A stretch of 64,000 bases of DNA, from positions 480,001 through 544,000 of the forward strand of contig CBDCSU010000005.1 of NCBI GenBank assembly GCA_965221775.1, in the 5' to 3' direction. The DNA is from Candidatus Latescibacterota bacterium. Lineage in GTDB: Bacteria > Latescibacterota > UBA2968 > UBA8231. Positions within the stretch are counted from its first letter, which is position 1, and each line of letters begins with the position of its first letter. The notes under the pieces were generated by a model, which worked only from the letters and a program-made list of their open reading frames with translations, did not search any database and was not told where the DNA came from. Of this stretch, positions 36,012-45,504 are shown in pieces. The position numbers and the translations under genes were made by a program.

Positions 36012-36040
36012 TTGACGCTACCAGACCTCCTCGGTATACT
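36012..36040 (+). promoter_or_regulatory. Sigma70 promoter of clpP
   Basis: TTGACG (36012-17), 17 nt, TATACT (36035-40). Confidence 0.75.
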
Positions 36041-36082
36041 CGCAGGCCCATCGAGCGAATGAGAACCCGGAGAGAGGCAAGA

Positions 36083-36694
36083 ATGGCAGAGACGGAGAAG
36101 GACGAGGGACTGCTGAAGGAGTTCAGCGAGCGCAACATCGAGCACTCGCTGCTAAGAGCCCGCAAGATCTTCCTGTGGTCGCCCGTGGACGACGACTCGG
36201 CCAAGGCGGTGGTGACGAGGCTGCTGTCCCTCGACGCCGAGGACGGCGAGACCGAGATCGTCCTCTACATCAACAGCCCCGGCGGATCGGTCCACGACGG
36301 CCTGGCGATCTACGACGCCATGCAGGCGGTGCGCGCCCCGGTGTCGACGGTCTGCACGGGCCTGGCGGCGAGCATGGGGGCGGTGCTGCTGGCCGGCGGC
36401 GAGAAGGGCCGGCGCTTCACCTGGCCCCACGCGCGTATCATGATCCACCAGCCCCTGCTCCTGGGGACGATCACCGGGCGGGCCACCGACCTGGACATCC
36501 AGGCCCGCGAGATGATCCGCACCCGGGAGGAGATCCACCGCCTCCTCGCCCTGCACACGGGCCAGGAGGAGGAGAAGATCGCCCAGGACACGGACCGCGA
36601 CTTCTACATGTCCCCCCAGGAGGCCCGGGAGTACGGCCTCATCGACGACGTCGTCTCCAGCAGTTCCCTGCCGTCGCCCAACGGAAAGAGCTGA
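36083..36694 (+). CDS. clpP: ATP-dependent Clp protease proteolytic subunit
   Basis: LYINSPGGSV, GLAASMG (catalytic Ser), RIMIHQP, DTDRDFYMS, YGLID. Confidence 0.95.
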   Translation: MAETEKDEGLLKEFSERNIEHSLLRARKIFLWSPVDDDSAKAVVTRLLSLDAEDGETEIVLYINSPGGSVHDGLAIYDAMQAVRAPVSTVCTGLAASMGAVLLAGGEKGRRFTWPHARIMIHQPLLLGTITGRATDLDIQAREMIRTREEIHRLLALHTGQEEEKIAQDTDRDFYMSPQEAREYGLIDDVVSSSSLPSPNGKS

Positions 36695-36772
36695 CGGGGC
36701 CAACTCCCATGCACAGGGGGAACTGAGGCACCTACTGGGAGCTCATGAACTCCAGAAAACGCGAGCCCCACC

Positions 36773-37720
36773 ATGAAGACACAACGCTATCGGCTCCGCA
36801 TTAGCGGCTTGGGAGATGAAGGTCTGATCAAAGCAGGCACTCTCCGGCTTGTTCTCGACGCCCTCCTCACCACGGCTGAGCGAACCACCCGCCTGCTGGC
36901 CACTGGGACGGGTGGTGGCAGGGGGCCGAGGCCTCAGTGGCTGGACTCCACCATGGATTTCACGGTGACTGGGGTAACTGGATTGAAATCCGGATCCACC
37001 ATTCTGGGCGTGGAAGCGCCCCTGCTTGGTGAGACTGCTTACGAGCAATTTTCCCAGGAGGCTTCTTGGACCAAGCAGCCCAGCCTTGAGGAAACAGCGG
37101 TCGATCTGGCCGCTCAATCCATCAACGAGACCCAGGACGACGATCCAGTTGGAGACTACTTCGACAGTTCGGTTCTCGAGGCGATTCTGAAGTTCAGGAA
37201 AGCGGCGAGAGTTGCCGGTGTGTGCTACGAAATGGTCCCTCAGGATACGGCCCATGGACGATTCGTGCTGGAGGACAGTACCTGCGAAGCCATCAAGGAG
37301 CGGTTGAAGGACATGCCGGCTCCAAGATCCTTCATCGTGAGTGGCAGGCTCGAGAAGATCAAACACCGAAATGGCTGCTTCCGCCTTCTGTTAAGCTCGA
37401 AGGCACGGCTCTTTGGCCGCTTGGACACGGCATCATTGGACCTGGATGCCTTGAGTCCTCTATGGGGCAAGCAGGCCACCGTCGAGGGGATGGTGCATTT
37501 CAAGGCCAATGGGGAGCCGCGATTGATCGAGGCTCGCCGGATCAGCTATGGGCTTGAAGGAGATAGCGTGTTCGAGAAGATGCCATCGGGGGAGATCGAG
37601 AAGTCGCAAAATCCGTTTCGGGTCCAACCCAAGCAGTTCGGGGCCTTCGACCCTATTGAGCTTGCGGGCACATGGCCTGGCGATGAACCGGTCGAGGATC
37701 TCCTGGCCCAGCTCGACTGA
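36773..37720 (+). CDS. Hypothetical protein, partner of the downstream PIN nuclease (lower GC)
   Basis: 315-aa ORF with atypical codon use; acidic tail ELAGTWPGDEPVEDLLAQLD; ends 5 nt before the PIN gene. Confidence 0.7.
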   Translation: MKTQRYRLRISGLGDEGLIKAGTLRLVLDALLTTAERTTRLLATGTGGGRGPRPQWLDSTMDFTVTGVTGLKSGSTILGVEAPLLGETAYEQFSQEASWTKQPSLEETAVDLAAQSINETQDDDPVGDYFDSSVLEAILKFRKAARVAGVCYEMVPQDTAHGRFVLEDSTCEAIKERLKDMPAPRSFIVSGRLEKIKHRNGCFRLLLSSKARLFGRLDTASLDLDALSPLWGKQATVEGMVHFKANGEPRLIEARRISYGLEGDSVFEKMPSGEIEKSQNPFRVQPKQFGAFDPIELAGTWPGDEPVEDLLAQLD

Positions 37721-37725
37721 AGGAC

Positions 37726-38193
37726 ATGGTCGTGACACGTTTCCTCTTGGACACGAACCTGTTGCTTGGGTTCACCCGGAAAGCGCCGTGGGCAGTCCAG
37801 GCTCGGGCGGAGTTCAATCTCGGGAACCCGGAGACAATGGTCTTTACCTCCGTTGTCTGCCAAGGTGAGATTCTCGCGCTTGCGGAGAAGAACGGTTGGG
37901 GCAGCAACAGAAGAACCCACCTTGAGCGAATTCTTGCCGAAGTCCCGGCGCTTGACATTGGCGAGCGGACGATGTTGGACGCATATGCCCGGATCGACGC
38001 CTGGACCCACGGCAAGCCCGTGGCTTCTCCACAGAGTGCGCCACCGCCAAAGCCAGCTGTGTCGATGAAACAGAATGATCTGTGGATTGCCGCGGCGGCT
38101 CACGTAAGCCGGGCTGCACTCCTGTCAACAGATACAGACTTCAGGCACTTGGACAGCACGTGGTTCAGATTCATCCATGTAAGCCCTCGCTAG
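37726..38193 (+). CDS. PIN-domain (VapC-like) ribonuclease
   Basis: FLLDTN, VCQGEI, QNDLWIAAAAH, LLSTDTDF. Confidence 0.88.
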   Translation: MVVTRFLLDTNLLLGFTRKAPWAVQARAEFNLGNPETMVFTSVVCQGEILALAEKNGWGSNRRTHLERILAEVPALDIGERTMLDAYARIDAWTHGKPVASPQSAPPPKPAVSMKQNDLWIAAAAHVSRAALLSTDTDFRHLDSTWFRFIHVSPR

Positions 38194-38277
38194 CCCACAT
38201 CGCCGTCCAAAGCTCTACATCTCGCACCGACCGACCATCCGGGCAATCACTCAGCGCAACGCAGGACGCGAACAACT

Positions 38278-39090
38278 CTACGTCTGGCAGCGGGTGCAGT
38301 AGAAGGTGGAGCGGCCGGCGATCGTCCGGTTTCGCAGGGGCCGGTCGCAGACCACGCAACCCTCGCCGGCGCGCCCGTACACGGCCAGCTCCTGCTGGAA
38401 CCGCCCCCCGGCCCCCGAGCCCAGGTAGTCGCTGATCGTCGTGCCGCCCCGCGCCACGGCCCTCTGAAGGACCGTCCGGATCTCCTCCACCAGGCGTTCG
38501 GCGCGCCGGGGGCCGATGCGGCCGGCCGGCGTGGTGGGGCGGATGCGCGCCCCGAAGAGGGCCTCGCAGGCGTAGATGTTGCCGAGGCCGGCCACGACCC
38601 GGCCGTCGAGGAGCAGGCTCTTGATCGGCCGGCTGCGGCCCCTGGCGGCGCGGCGCAGGTAGCCGGCGTCGAAGTCGTCGGAGAGGGGCTCCACGCCGAG
38701 GTGGCGGAGCCAGCGGCTGCGTTCCAGCTGCCGGGGGGTGAGGACCTGGAAGAGGCCGAAGCGCCGAGGATCGGCGAAGACCAGGGGCGGGCCCTCGTCG
38801 AGGTCGAGGACGACATGGTCGTGCAGGCGCCTCCCGCCGCCGCGGAAGACGAGGTTCCCCGACATGCCGAGATGGACGAGGAGCGTGCGCCCGGAGGAGA
38901 GCTCCAGCAACAGGAACTTGGCCCGCCGCCGGGCGCCGGTGAAGCGCTCTCCCGCCAGGGAACGCACCCGCGCCCGGGACAGGGGCTCGCGCAGTGGCAG
39001 GCCGCTGGTCCAGACGCCGGTCACGGTGCGGCCCACGAGGTGGGCGGCCATGGCGCCGCGGACGGTCTCGACTTCGGGCAGCTCGGGCAT
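38278..39090 (-). CDS. mutM: Formamidopyrimidine-DNA glycosylase
   Basis: MPELPEVET, RRAKFLL, HLGMSG, DPRRFG, AGLGNIYACEALF, C-terminal Zn finger CVVC...CTRCQ. Confidence 0.96.
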   Translation of the reverse strand: MPELPEVETVRGAMAAHLVGRTVTGVWTSGLPLREPLSRARVRSLAGERFTGARRRAKFLLLELSSGRTLLVHLGMSGNLVFRGGGRRLHDHVVLDLDEGPPLVFADPRRFGLFQVLTPRQLERSRWLRHLGVEPLSDDFDAGYLRRAARGRSRPIKSLLLDGRVVAGLGNIYACEALFGARIRPTTPAGRIGPRRAERLVEEIRTVLQRAVARGGTTISDYLGSGAGGRFQQELAVYGRAGEGCVVCDRPLRNRTIAGRSTFYCTRCQT

Positions 39091-39195
39091 GGAGGGCTCT
39101 CGGGGGGCATGGTACCCGGCCCCCGGGTGGCGGGCAAGGCGGGGATTCATAGATTCGCCGGCCCCTCACCAGACACCCACGGAGACCAAGCCCAG

Positions 39196-40497
39196 ATGGA
39201 CCTGACACGCCAACCCCCCCGACGCCCCTCCAACACCGGCCTGGCCGGGATCGCCGGCCTGGCGCGCATGGCCGACAAGGCCCGCGGCCACAAGGCCGAG
39301 ACGATCGGCGAGTTCAAGTACGGCGAGGACTCCGGCCTCGACCGCGAGGTCCTCGCCCTCATCGGCGTGAGCGCCGGCGACTTCGCCGAGGCCGCCGATA
39401 GCATGTGGGACCGGGAGCTGGACGACTGGGTGCGCGGCCGCATGACCTGCTCGCAGGAGGAGATCGAGAGCTTCAACCAGGAGCAGACGACGAAGGTGCC
39501 CCAGGACGACCTGCACCGCCGGCTGCTCAAGGAGCGGCTGGCGTTGTACGCCCCCGGAAACACGGACATCACCACCGTCTTCGCCTCCATCGAGCTGGAC
39601 GACTGGGGCGCCTTCCGCGACGAGGACCTGACGGCGCGCCCACCGCGCTCGGGGTACGTGCGTAGCGTCCTGGGCCTGGTGGCCGCGGCGCGCATGGCCG
39701 ACAAGGCGCGGGCCCACCGCGCCGGCCGCATGGGCGACTACCGGTACGGCGACGACTCCTTCTTCGACCGCACCCTCCTGGAGTTCCTCGGCCTCACGGC
39801 GGCCGACTTCGAGGAGGGGGCCTGGCGCAACCCCAACGACACCGAGCTGGGCGAGTGGATCCTGGAGCGCGTCGAGGCGCCCGAGCCGGGGGAGGTCTCG
39901 GCCCTCAACGCCCGCCTCACCCGCCACGGCGAGGCCCACCCGGAGTGGGCGGAGCGCTTCCGCCAGCGCCGCGACGAGATCTGCCCCGAGCGCAAGGAGG
40001 TAACCACCTACTTCGAGCTGCAGGACATCGACGACCAGGCCTGCTTCGGCCTCGTCGACCTGAACCTGCGGCCCCCCCGCAGCCCCTACGACGCGAGCCT
40101 GGGTGGCCTCCTCTGCCTAGCGCGCATGGTCGACAAGGGCCGGGCTTACAACGACGGCCTCCTGGGCGACTACTGGTTCGGCGAGGATTCCGGCCTGGAC
40201 CGCCGGCTGCTGGAGCACCTCGGTCTGTCCCACGAGGAGTTCGCCGCCGGCCTGAAGGAGCACGCCGACGACGAGGCGGTCCTGGCCTGGCTGGGGGACC
40301 GGGTGGGCGGCGAGGAGGAGGTGGCGGGGCTCAACGCGACCCTGCAGGGACTGGCACCCTCATCGGACCGCATGAAGAGCTATCTCACCCGCGCCGTCCG
40401 CGGCCTCGACCCCGGCCGCTGGGACGTGAACAGCTTCCTGGCCCTCACCGAGCTGGACGACGAGATCACCTTCGCCCGCCTGCGCGCCCGGGTCTGA
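39196..40497 (+). CDS. DUF5069-like protein with three tandem domains
   Basis: Three repeats DL..PPR...ARM.DK.R....G.(Y/F)..G.DS..DR..L. Confidence 0.8.
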   Translation: MDLTRQPPRRPSNTGLAGIAGLARMADKARGHKAETIGEFKYGEDSGLDREVLALIGVSAGDFAEAADSMWDRELDDWVRGRMTCSQEEIESFNQEQTTKVPQDDLHRRLLKERLALYAPGNTDITTVFASIELDDWGAFRDEDLTARPPRSGYVRSVLGLVAAARMADKARAHRAGRMGDYRYGDDSFFDRTLLEFLGLTAADFEEGAWRNPNDTELGEWILERVEAPEPGEVSALNARLTRHGEAHPEWAERFRQRRDEICPERKEVTTYFELQDIDDQACFGLVDLNLRPPRSPYDASLGGLLCLARMVDKGRAYNDGLLGDYWFGEDSGLDRRLLEHLGLSHEEFAAGLKEHADDEAVLAWLGDRVGGEEEVAGLNATLQGLAPSSDRMKSYLTRAVRGLDPGRWDVNSFLALTELDDEITFARLRARV

Positions 40498-40502
40498 ATC
40501 AG

Positions 40503-41225
40503 ATGGCGGAGCGGCCTTTCATCGGCATCACCACCTCGCTCTCGGGCCAGGAGGGGGCCAGCCGCCAGGTGCTCGACAGGGCCTACGTGGAGGCCGTGGA
40601 GCGGGCCGGCGGCTGCCCCGTGGTCGTGCCCGTCACAGACTCGCCCGAGAGCCTGCGGCCCCTGGGCCGCATCCTGGACGGTCTGGTGATCACCGGCGGC
40701 CCCGGCATCACCGACGGGCTTGTGGGGAGCCTGCCCGAGGACCTGCCTCCGACGCCACAGCTGCGCACCCTGGCAGATACCCGGGCCTTCGAGGACGTCC
40801 GCGGCCGAGGCCGCCCCGTCCTCGGCGTCTGCTACGGCATGCAGTTCATCAACGCCCGCCTCGGCGGCACGATCTATGCCGACGCCCAGGCCCAGCTCGG
40901 GGCCGGACCCCACTCGACCGGGCGCAACGGCGGCGAGCCCGTGTTCCACGACGTGGAGGTGACGGCCGGCTCCCGCCTGGCGGAGCTCGCGGGCGGCGAG
41001 CGGCGCGTCAACAGCCACCACGTGCAGGCCGTGGAGCAGGTGGGCCGCGGCCTGCGGGTCAACGCCCGCAGCCCCGACGGCCTGATCGAAGGCTTCGAGA
41101 GCGACGACGGCCTCATGGGGGTGCAGTTCCACCCCGAGCAGATGGCGGGCACGGCCTGGGAGAGGCTCTTCGAGGACTTGGTGCGCCGAGCCCGTCAGCC
41201 CGACCGCCAACTCTCGCCGTCCTGA
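40503..41225 (+). CDS. Gamma-glutamyl-gamma-aminobutyrate hydrolase family (peptidase C26)
   Basis: RPFIGIT, LDGLVITGG, PVLGVCYGMQ, VNSHHVQAV, GVQFHPE. Confidence 0.88.
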   Translation: MAERPFIGITTSLSGQEGASRQVLDRAYVEAVERAGGCPVVVPVTDSPESLRPLGRILDGLVITGGPGITDGLVGSLPEDLPPTPQLRTLADTRAFEDVRGRGRPVLGVCYGMQFINARLGGTIYADAQAQLGAGPHSTGRNGGEPVFHDVEVTAGSRLAELAGGERRVNSHHVQAVEQVGRGLRVNARSPDGLIEGFESDDGLMGVQFHPEQMAGTAWERLFEDLVRRARQPDRQLSPS

Positions 41226-41914
41226 CGGCTGTCGACCTGGATCAGCTCGTCCCGCTCCAGGACCCAGGCGCTCAGCTTCCCCCCGTACACGCATCCCGAA
41301 TCCAGGCCCACGGCCCACGGGCGCCCGCCCTCCTCGGAGTCCCGCCGCTTGACCACGAGTCCGCCGGGCGCGTCGTGACCGAAGACGATCACGCGGCCGG
41401 GCGGGGGCTCGATGGCGTCGTGCCACCGCTGGCCGTCGAGGCCGCCCGTGGGAGGCCAGGTGCGGATGGCGAGGAACTCCTCACGCGTGGTTCCGTCGAG
41501 GCCCCGCTCCGGATGGATGCCGGCGTGGACCAGCAGAAAGCCCTCCCCCTCGATCGACAGCGGCGTCCGCTCCAGCCACGGCAGCAGCTCGTCGAGGACG
41601 GGCCGCAGGGCCTCGAAGGTGCGGCGGTGGTCCGGCCGCCCGAAGCGGACCTCGCCGCCGGCGCGGTGATCCCGCATCTGCGCCAGGAGGCGGTCGTCGT
41701 GGTTGCCGAGGACCATCTCCGCGCCGGTGCCGCGCAGGATCTCCCAGACCCGCACCGGGTCCGGGCCGCGGCTGAAGGCGTCCCCGGTGAGCAGGAGGCG
41801 GTGCGAGGACGGGGAGTACCCGACGCGCTGGAGCAGTTCCTCGAGCTCTGCGGCGCAGCCGTGGACGTCGCCTACAAAGAGGGTGTCCCGGCGGGGTTCA
41901 TGGGGGTGTCTCAT
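41195..41914 (-). CDS. Metallophosphoesterase (ApaH/PrpE-like)
   Basis: GDVHGC, GDAFSRGPD, GNHD, VHAG, FGH, LDSGCVYGGKLSA. Confidence 0.88.
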   Translation of the reverse strand: MRHPHEPRRDTLFVGDVHGCAAELEELLQRVGYSPSSHRLLLTGDAFSRGPDPVRVWEILRGTGAEMVLGNHDDRLLAQMRDHRAGGEVRFGRPDHRRTFEALRPVLDELLPWLERTPLSIEGEGFLLVHAGIHPERGLDGTTREEFLAIRTWPPTGGLDGQRWHDAIEPPPGRVIVFGHDAPGGLVVKRRDSEEGGRPWAVGLDSGCVYGGKLSAWVLERDELIQVDSRQDGESWRSG

Positions 41915-41972
41915 TCTCTTTGTTAATGTGGTGAACGGGCCGTACCATGGGAACCACCAAAGGAGGAGCGTC

Positions 41973-42887
41973 ATGCGCACCTGCCTCGCCTCCCTGCTGG
42001 CCCTGGCCGCGTTCCTGACCGCCCCTGGCGCCTACTCCCACGTGGGCGACGAGATCTATCCCTTCTTCGAGTTGCTCGACGAGGACCTGGACCTCATCGA
42101 CCTGACCGACGGCAGCGTCGACGACTGGCTCGAAGTCGTCGGCGAGCCCTCGCTGACGGCCGCCGACTTTTTCTGGGAATACGGCTACGACCCGGCGGAC
42201 GTGGACTTCCGCATCTGGCTCGCCTGGCACCAGGGCACCAGTACCCTCTGGATCGCCATGGATCGCTTCGATGATCTCTACTTCAATCTCTACGACGGGG
42301 ACGAGCCCTGGGACATACGACTCTGGGATTCCAGCATGCGCTTCGGAGTGGACGGCGACCACAGCGGTGGGCCATACAGCGCTTTCGGGGCGTGCAGGGA
42401 CTGCACGGACGAGGAGCTTCTGGAGGACAACCGTCAGGCGCAGGAGTGGATGGTGATCGCCGAGACGCCCAACGGCGAGCCCCTGATTCATCTCGGGGCC
42501 AGCGAGTGGGTGGCCAAGGAACCGTACGCCGCCGCGGGGGGCGGCGTCATCGGCCAGACCCCGGCGACCACGGTCACCGAGGTCAAGGTGACGCCCTTCG
42601 ACGACCTCATCTACAATGACGAGAACGCCTCCCAGACCTCCCAACTCTACCCTGGCAAGACCATCGGGTTCTTCATACTCACCACCGACAATGACGATAC
42701 CCACTACAAGGACGGCCACGGGCGGAAGACCCGGCTCTCCCTGACCGCCGACACGCGTGTGCTGGTCCACGCCGACTTCTTCGTCGACGGCCTGCTGATC
42801 GGCGCCGGAGAGGATCCATCCCTCTACGCCGACCGTTCCGCCGTGGAGCCGTCGTCCTGGGCGCGGATCAAGGCCGCCCTGGAGTAG
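41973..42887 (+). CDS. Secreted acidic hypothetical protein (paralog 1) with C-terminal AVEPSSWARIK motif
   Basis: AGGAGGAG RBS; signal peptide ending AYS|H; similar to 42915-43835. Confidence 0.82.
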   Translation: MRTCLASLLALAAFLTAPGAYSHVGDEIYPFFELLDEDLDLIDLTDGSVDDWLEVVGEPSLTAADFFWEYGYDPADVDFRIWLAWHQGTSTLWIAMDRFDDLYFNLYDGDEPWDIRLWDSSMRFGVDGDHSGGPYSAFGACRDCTDEELLEDNRQAQEWMVIAETPNGEPLIHLGASEWVAKEPYAAAGGGVIGQTPATTVTEVKVTPFDDLIYNDENASQTSQLYPGKTIGFFILTTDNDDTHYKDGHGRKTRLSLTADTRVLVHADFFVDGLLIGAGEDPSLYADRSAVEPSSWARIKAALE

Positions 42888-42914
42888 CCTGTCGACCGGG
42901 CTGCTTGGATCACC

Positions 42915-43835
42915 ATGGTAACCCGCCTCCTCTGCCTGCTGACCCTCGCCGCGATCCTGGCCGCCCCCGCCGCCCACGCCCACGTGGGCGACGAGATCTA
43001 CCCCTTCTTCGAGCTGCTCGACGAGGATCTGGAGCGCATCGACCTGACCGACGGCAGCGTCGAGGACTGGCTCAAGGTCATCGGCGAGCCGTCGCTGACC
43101 GCCAGCGACTTCCTCTGGCTGAACAATCCATACGATCCATCGGAACTGGACTTCCGCATCTGGCTCGCCTGGCACCAGGGCAGCAGTACCCTCTGGATCG
43201 CCATGGAGCGTTTCGATGATCTCTACTACAACCTCTACGACGCCGACAAGCCTTGGGAGATGCAGCTCTGGGACTCCAGCCTCCGCTTCAAGGTCGACGG
43301 CGACCACACCGGCGGGGAGTACAGCTACTTTCTCGGTTGGAACTGCGCGGAGTGCACGCCCGAGCAAGTCCTGGAGGACAACCGTCAGGCGCAGGAGTGG
43401 ATGGCGATCGCCGCGACGCCCGACGGCGAGCATCTGTACCATGTCGGGGCCAGCGAGTGGGTGGCTGCGGAGCCGTACGCCGCAGCGGGCGGCGGCGTCA
43501 TCGGCCAGAGCCCGGCGACCTCGGTCACCGAGCTCAAGGTGACCGCCTTCGACGACCTCATCTACGACGACGAGGACGCCTCCGAAGCCTCGCAGCTCCG
43601 CCCCGGCAAGACCATCGGGTTCTCCATATCCACTTCCGACAATGACGACACCGGATACGACGACGGGTACGGGCGGACAATCGAGCTGTCGCTCTCCGCC
43701 AGCGTGAATGCGATAGTCAACGCCGATCTCCTGGTCGACGGCCTGCTCATCGGCGCCGGGGAGGATCCTTCCCTTTACGACGACGTTTCCGCCGTAGAAC
43801 CCTCCTCCTGGGCGCGCATCAAGGCGAGCTTCTGA
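42915..43835 (+). CDS. Secreted acidic hypothetical protein (paralog 2) with C-terminal AVEPSSWARIK motif
   Basis: Signal peptide ending AHA|H; shares HVGDEIYPFFELLDEDL, DFRIWLAWHQG, VDGDH, DGLLIGAGEDPSLY. Confidence 0.82.
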   Translation: MVTRLLCLLTLAAILAAPAAHAHVGDEIYPFFELLDEDLERIDLTDGSVEDWLKVIGEPSLTASDFLWLNNPYDPSELDFRIWLAWHQGSSTLWIAMERFDDLYYNLYDADKPWEMQLWDSSLRFKVDGDHTGGEYSYFLGWNCAECTPEQVLEDNRQAQEWMAIAATPDGEHLYHVGASEWVAAEPYAAAGGGVIGQSPATSVTELKVTAFDDLIYDDEDASEASQLRPGKTIGFSISTSDNDDTGYDDGYGRTIELSLSASVNAIVNADLLVDGLLIGAGEDPSLYDDVSAVEPSSWARIKASF

Positions 43836-43836
43836 C

Positions 43837-45321
43837 ATGCTCTTCATCGACGATCACCACATCCACTCCTGCCGCGGGGTCCGCCGGCGCTTCCACCGGC
43901 TGGACAAGCACCCGGACAACCCGGTGAAGGTCTTCGCCGATCCGTGGGGCTCGACGCTGGCCAACCACGGCGGCTTCGAGATCGACCCGGCCACGGGCGA
44001 GTTCGTCCTCTGGTACTCCACGCGGCCCCTCGATCCGGAAGGCGTCACCGACGCCCGCTTCATCTGCCAGGCCCGCTCCGGCGACGGGGTCCACTGGGAG
44101 ACGCCGCCCCTGGGGCTGTTCGAGTTCCGGGGCAGCCGCGACAACAACATCTGCGTCGTCAACTACCCGTACTCCGGCGTCTATCCCGGCCCCCACGAAC
44201 TGAGCGGGCCCTGCATCGCCCGCGACCCCCTCGACCCGGACCCGTCGGCGCGCTACAAGATGGCCCTGTGGCGCTACAACCGGGACCACGACCCGGAGAC
44301 GGGGAAGCGGCTCTACGAGTCGAAGGACACGCCGTACCCGACGGGCCTCTACACCAGCGCCTCCCCCGACGGCATCCACTGGCCGGCGCGCGAGCGTCTC
44401 GTGCACACCCACGCCGACGGCTTCGGCGACACCTACACCTGGATGCTGGATTCCCTGCGCGGCGGCTACCGCCTCTTCGGCAAGCGCCTCTACTGGGACA
44501 ACCGCTGGGCCAGCGGCAAGGTGCGCGGCGGCGAGCCCGGCACCTGGGTGCGCCTGCGCCACACCTGCTGGAGCCCCGACTTCGCCTCGTGGTCGCCCCA
44601 CGTGCCGATCCTGCCCATCGACGGGCACGACCGGCCCCGGGACCAGGTCTACATGAACAACGGCTTCGTGTACGACGACATGTACGTCGGCTTCGCGCAG
44701 ATCCTCCACGCCCTCGACGACTGGTCCATGGACCTCGACCTGGCCTGCTCCCGCGACGGCGAGGAGTGGCTGCGGCCCCCCGAGGCGCGGTGCATCATCC
44801 CGCGGGGCGAGGGCACGGCGTGGGACAGCGGCCGCATGGCGATCTTCCCCTCGGCACCGGTGCTGCGCGAGGGGCGGCTCCACTTCTACTACACCTCCGC
44901 CGCCCAGTACCACTCCCCGGCTCCGAAGCGCGAGATGCCGCCCGGCATCGAGAAACCCCCCGGCCTGTGCCTGGCGACGCTGCGCCAGGACGGGTTCGCC
45001 GGGATGCGCGCCGAGGGCGAGGGCGGGCTCATCCGCACGCGGCCCCTGCGCATCGACCATCCCGACCTGCTGGTGAACGTCGACGCCGGCGAAGGCGGAT
45101 CCTGCCGCGTGGGTCTCCTCGACGAGGGCGGCGCCCCCCTGGCCGGGTACGGACCGGACGACATGGAGCCGATCCGCGGAGACCACCTCGCACACCCTCT
45201 GCGCTGGCGCGACCTCGACTCGGCGGCCGGCCTCCACGGCCGCTGGATCACCCTGGAGATCGAGCTGCAGGGCGCCGAGCTGTTCGCCGTCCACAACCGC
45301 AACGCCGCGCCTCGGGGCTGA
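43837..45321 (+). CDS. Five-bladed beta-propeller glycoside hydrolase-like protein
   Basis: LFIDD, KHPDNPV, Asp-box-like SGDGVHW / SPDGIHW / SRDGEEW, WDSG, LATLRQDGF. Confidence 0.75.
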   Translation: MLFIDDHHIHSCRGVRRRFHRLDKHPDNPVKVFADPWGSTLANHGGFEIDPATGEFVLWYSTRPLDPEGVTDARFICQARSGDGVHWETPPLGLFEFRGSRDNNICVVNYPYSGVYPGPHELSGPCIARDPLDPDPSARYKMALWRYNRDHDPETGKRLYESKDTPYPTGLYTSASPDGIHWPARERLVHTHADGFGDTYTWMLDSLRGGYRLFGKRLYWDNRWASGKVRGGEPGTWVRLRHTCWSPDFASWSPHVPILPIDGHDRPRDQVYMNNGFVYDDMYVGFAQILHALDDWSMDLDLACSRDGEEWLRPPEARCIIPRGEGTAWDSGRMAIFPSAPVLREGRLHFYYTSAAQYHSPAPKREMPPGIEKPPGLCLATLRQDGFAGMRAEGEGGLIRTRPLRIDHPDLLVNVDAGEGGSCRVGLLDEGGAPLAGYGPDDMEPIRGDHLAHPLRWRDLDSAAGLHGRWITLEIELQGAELFAVHNRNAAPRG

Positions 45322-45504
45322 GGCCCCGGGGCGAACAGTGCTCCCGGTCCACAACCGCAGCGCAGGGCGCGCAGCCTGAGCCCCGGAAGTCGAGCCGGCC
45401 GCCACAGCCCGCGGCCGGTCGAGTCCGCACCCCTGTCCGCTTCAGACCCACGGCCTTTGCGGGCGGGGGTTCCACCATCCGCCCCATCCCTTAGTTTCCC
45501 ACTC

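Noticed and set aside
38213-38292. 14/17-nt echo of the mutM stop region (38213 vs 38276)
   Set aside because: Too short to separate from chance, although it sits at the low-GC island border.
41973-43835. Paralog pair as diversity-generating retroelement template/variable repeats
   Set aside because: No reverse transcriptase in the window; differences include indels and do not look adenine-specific.
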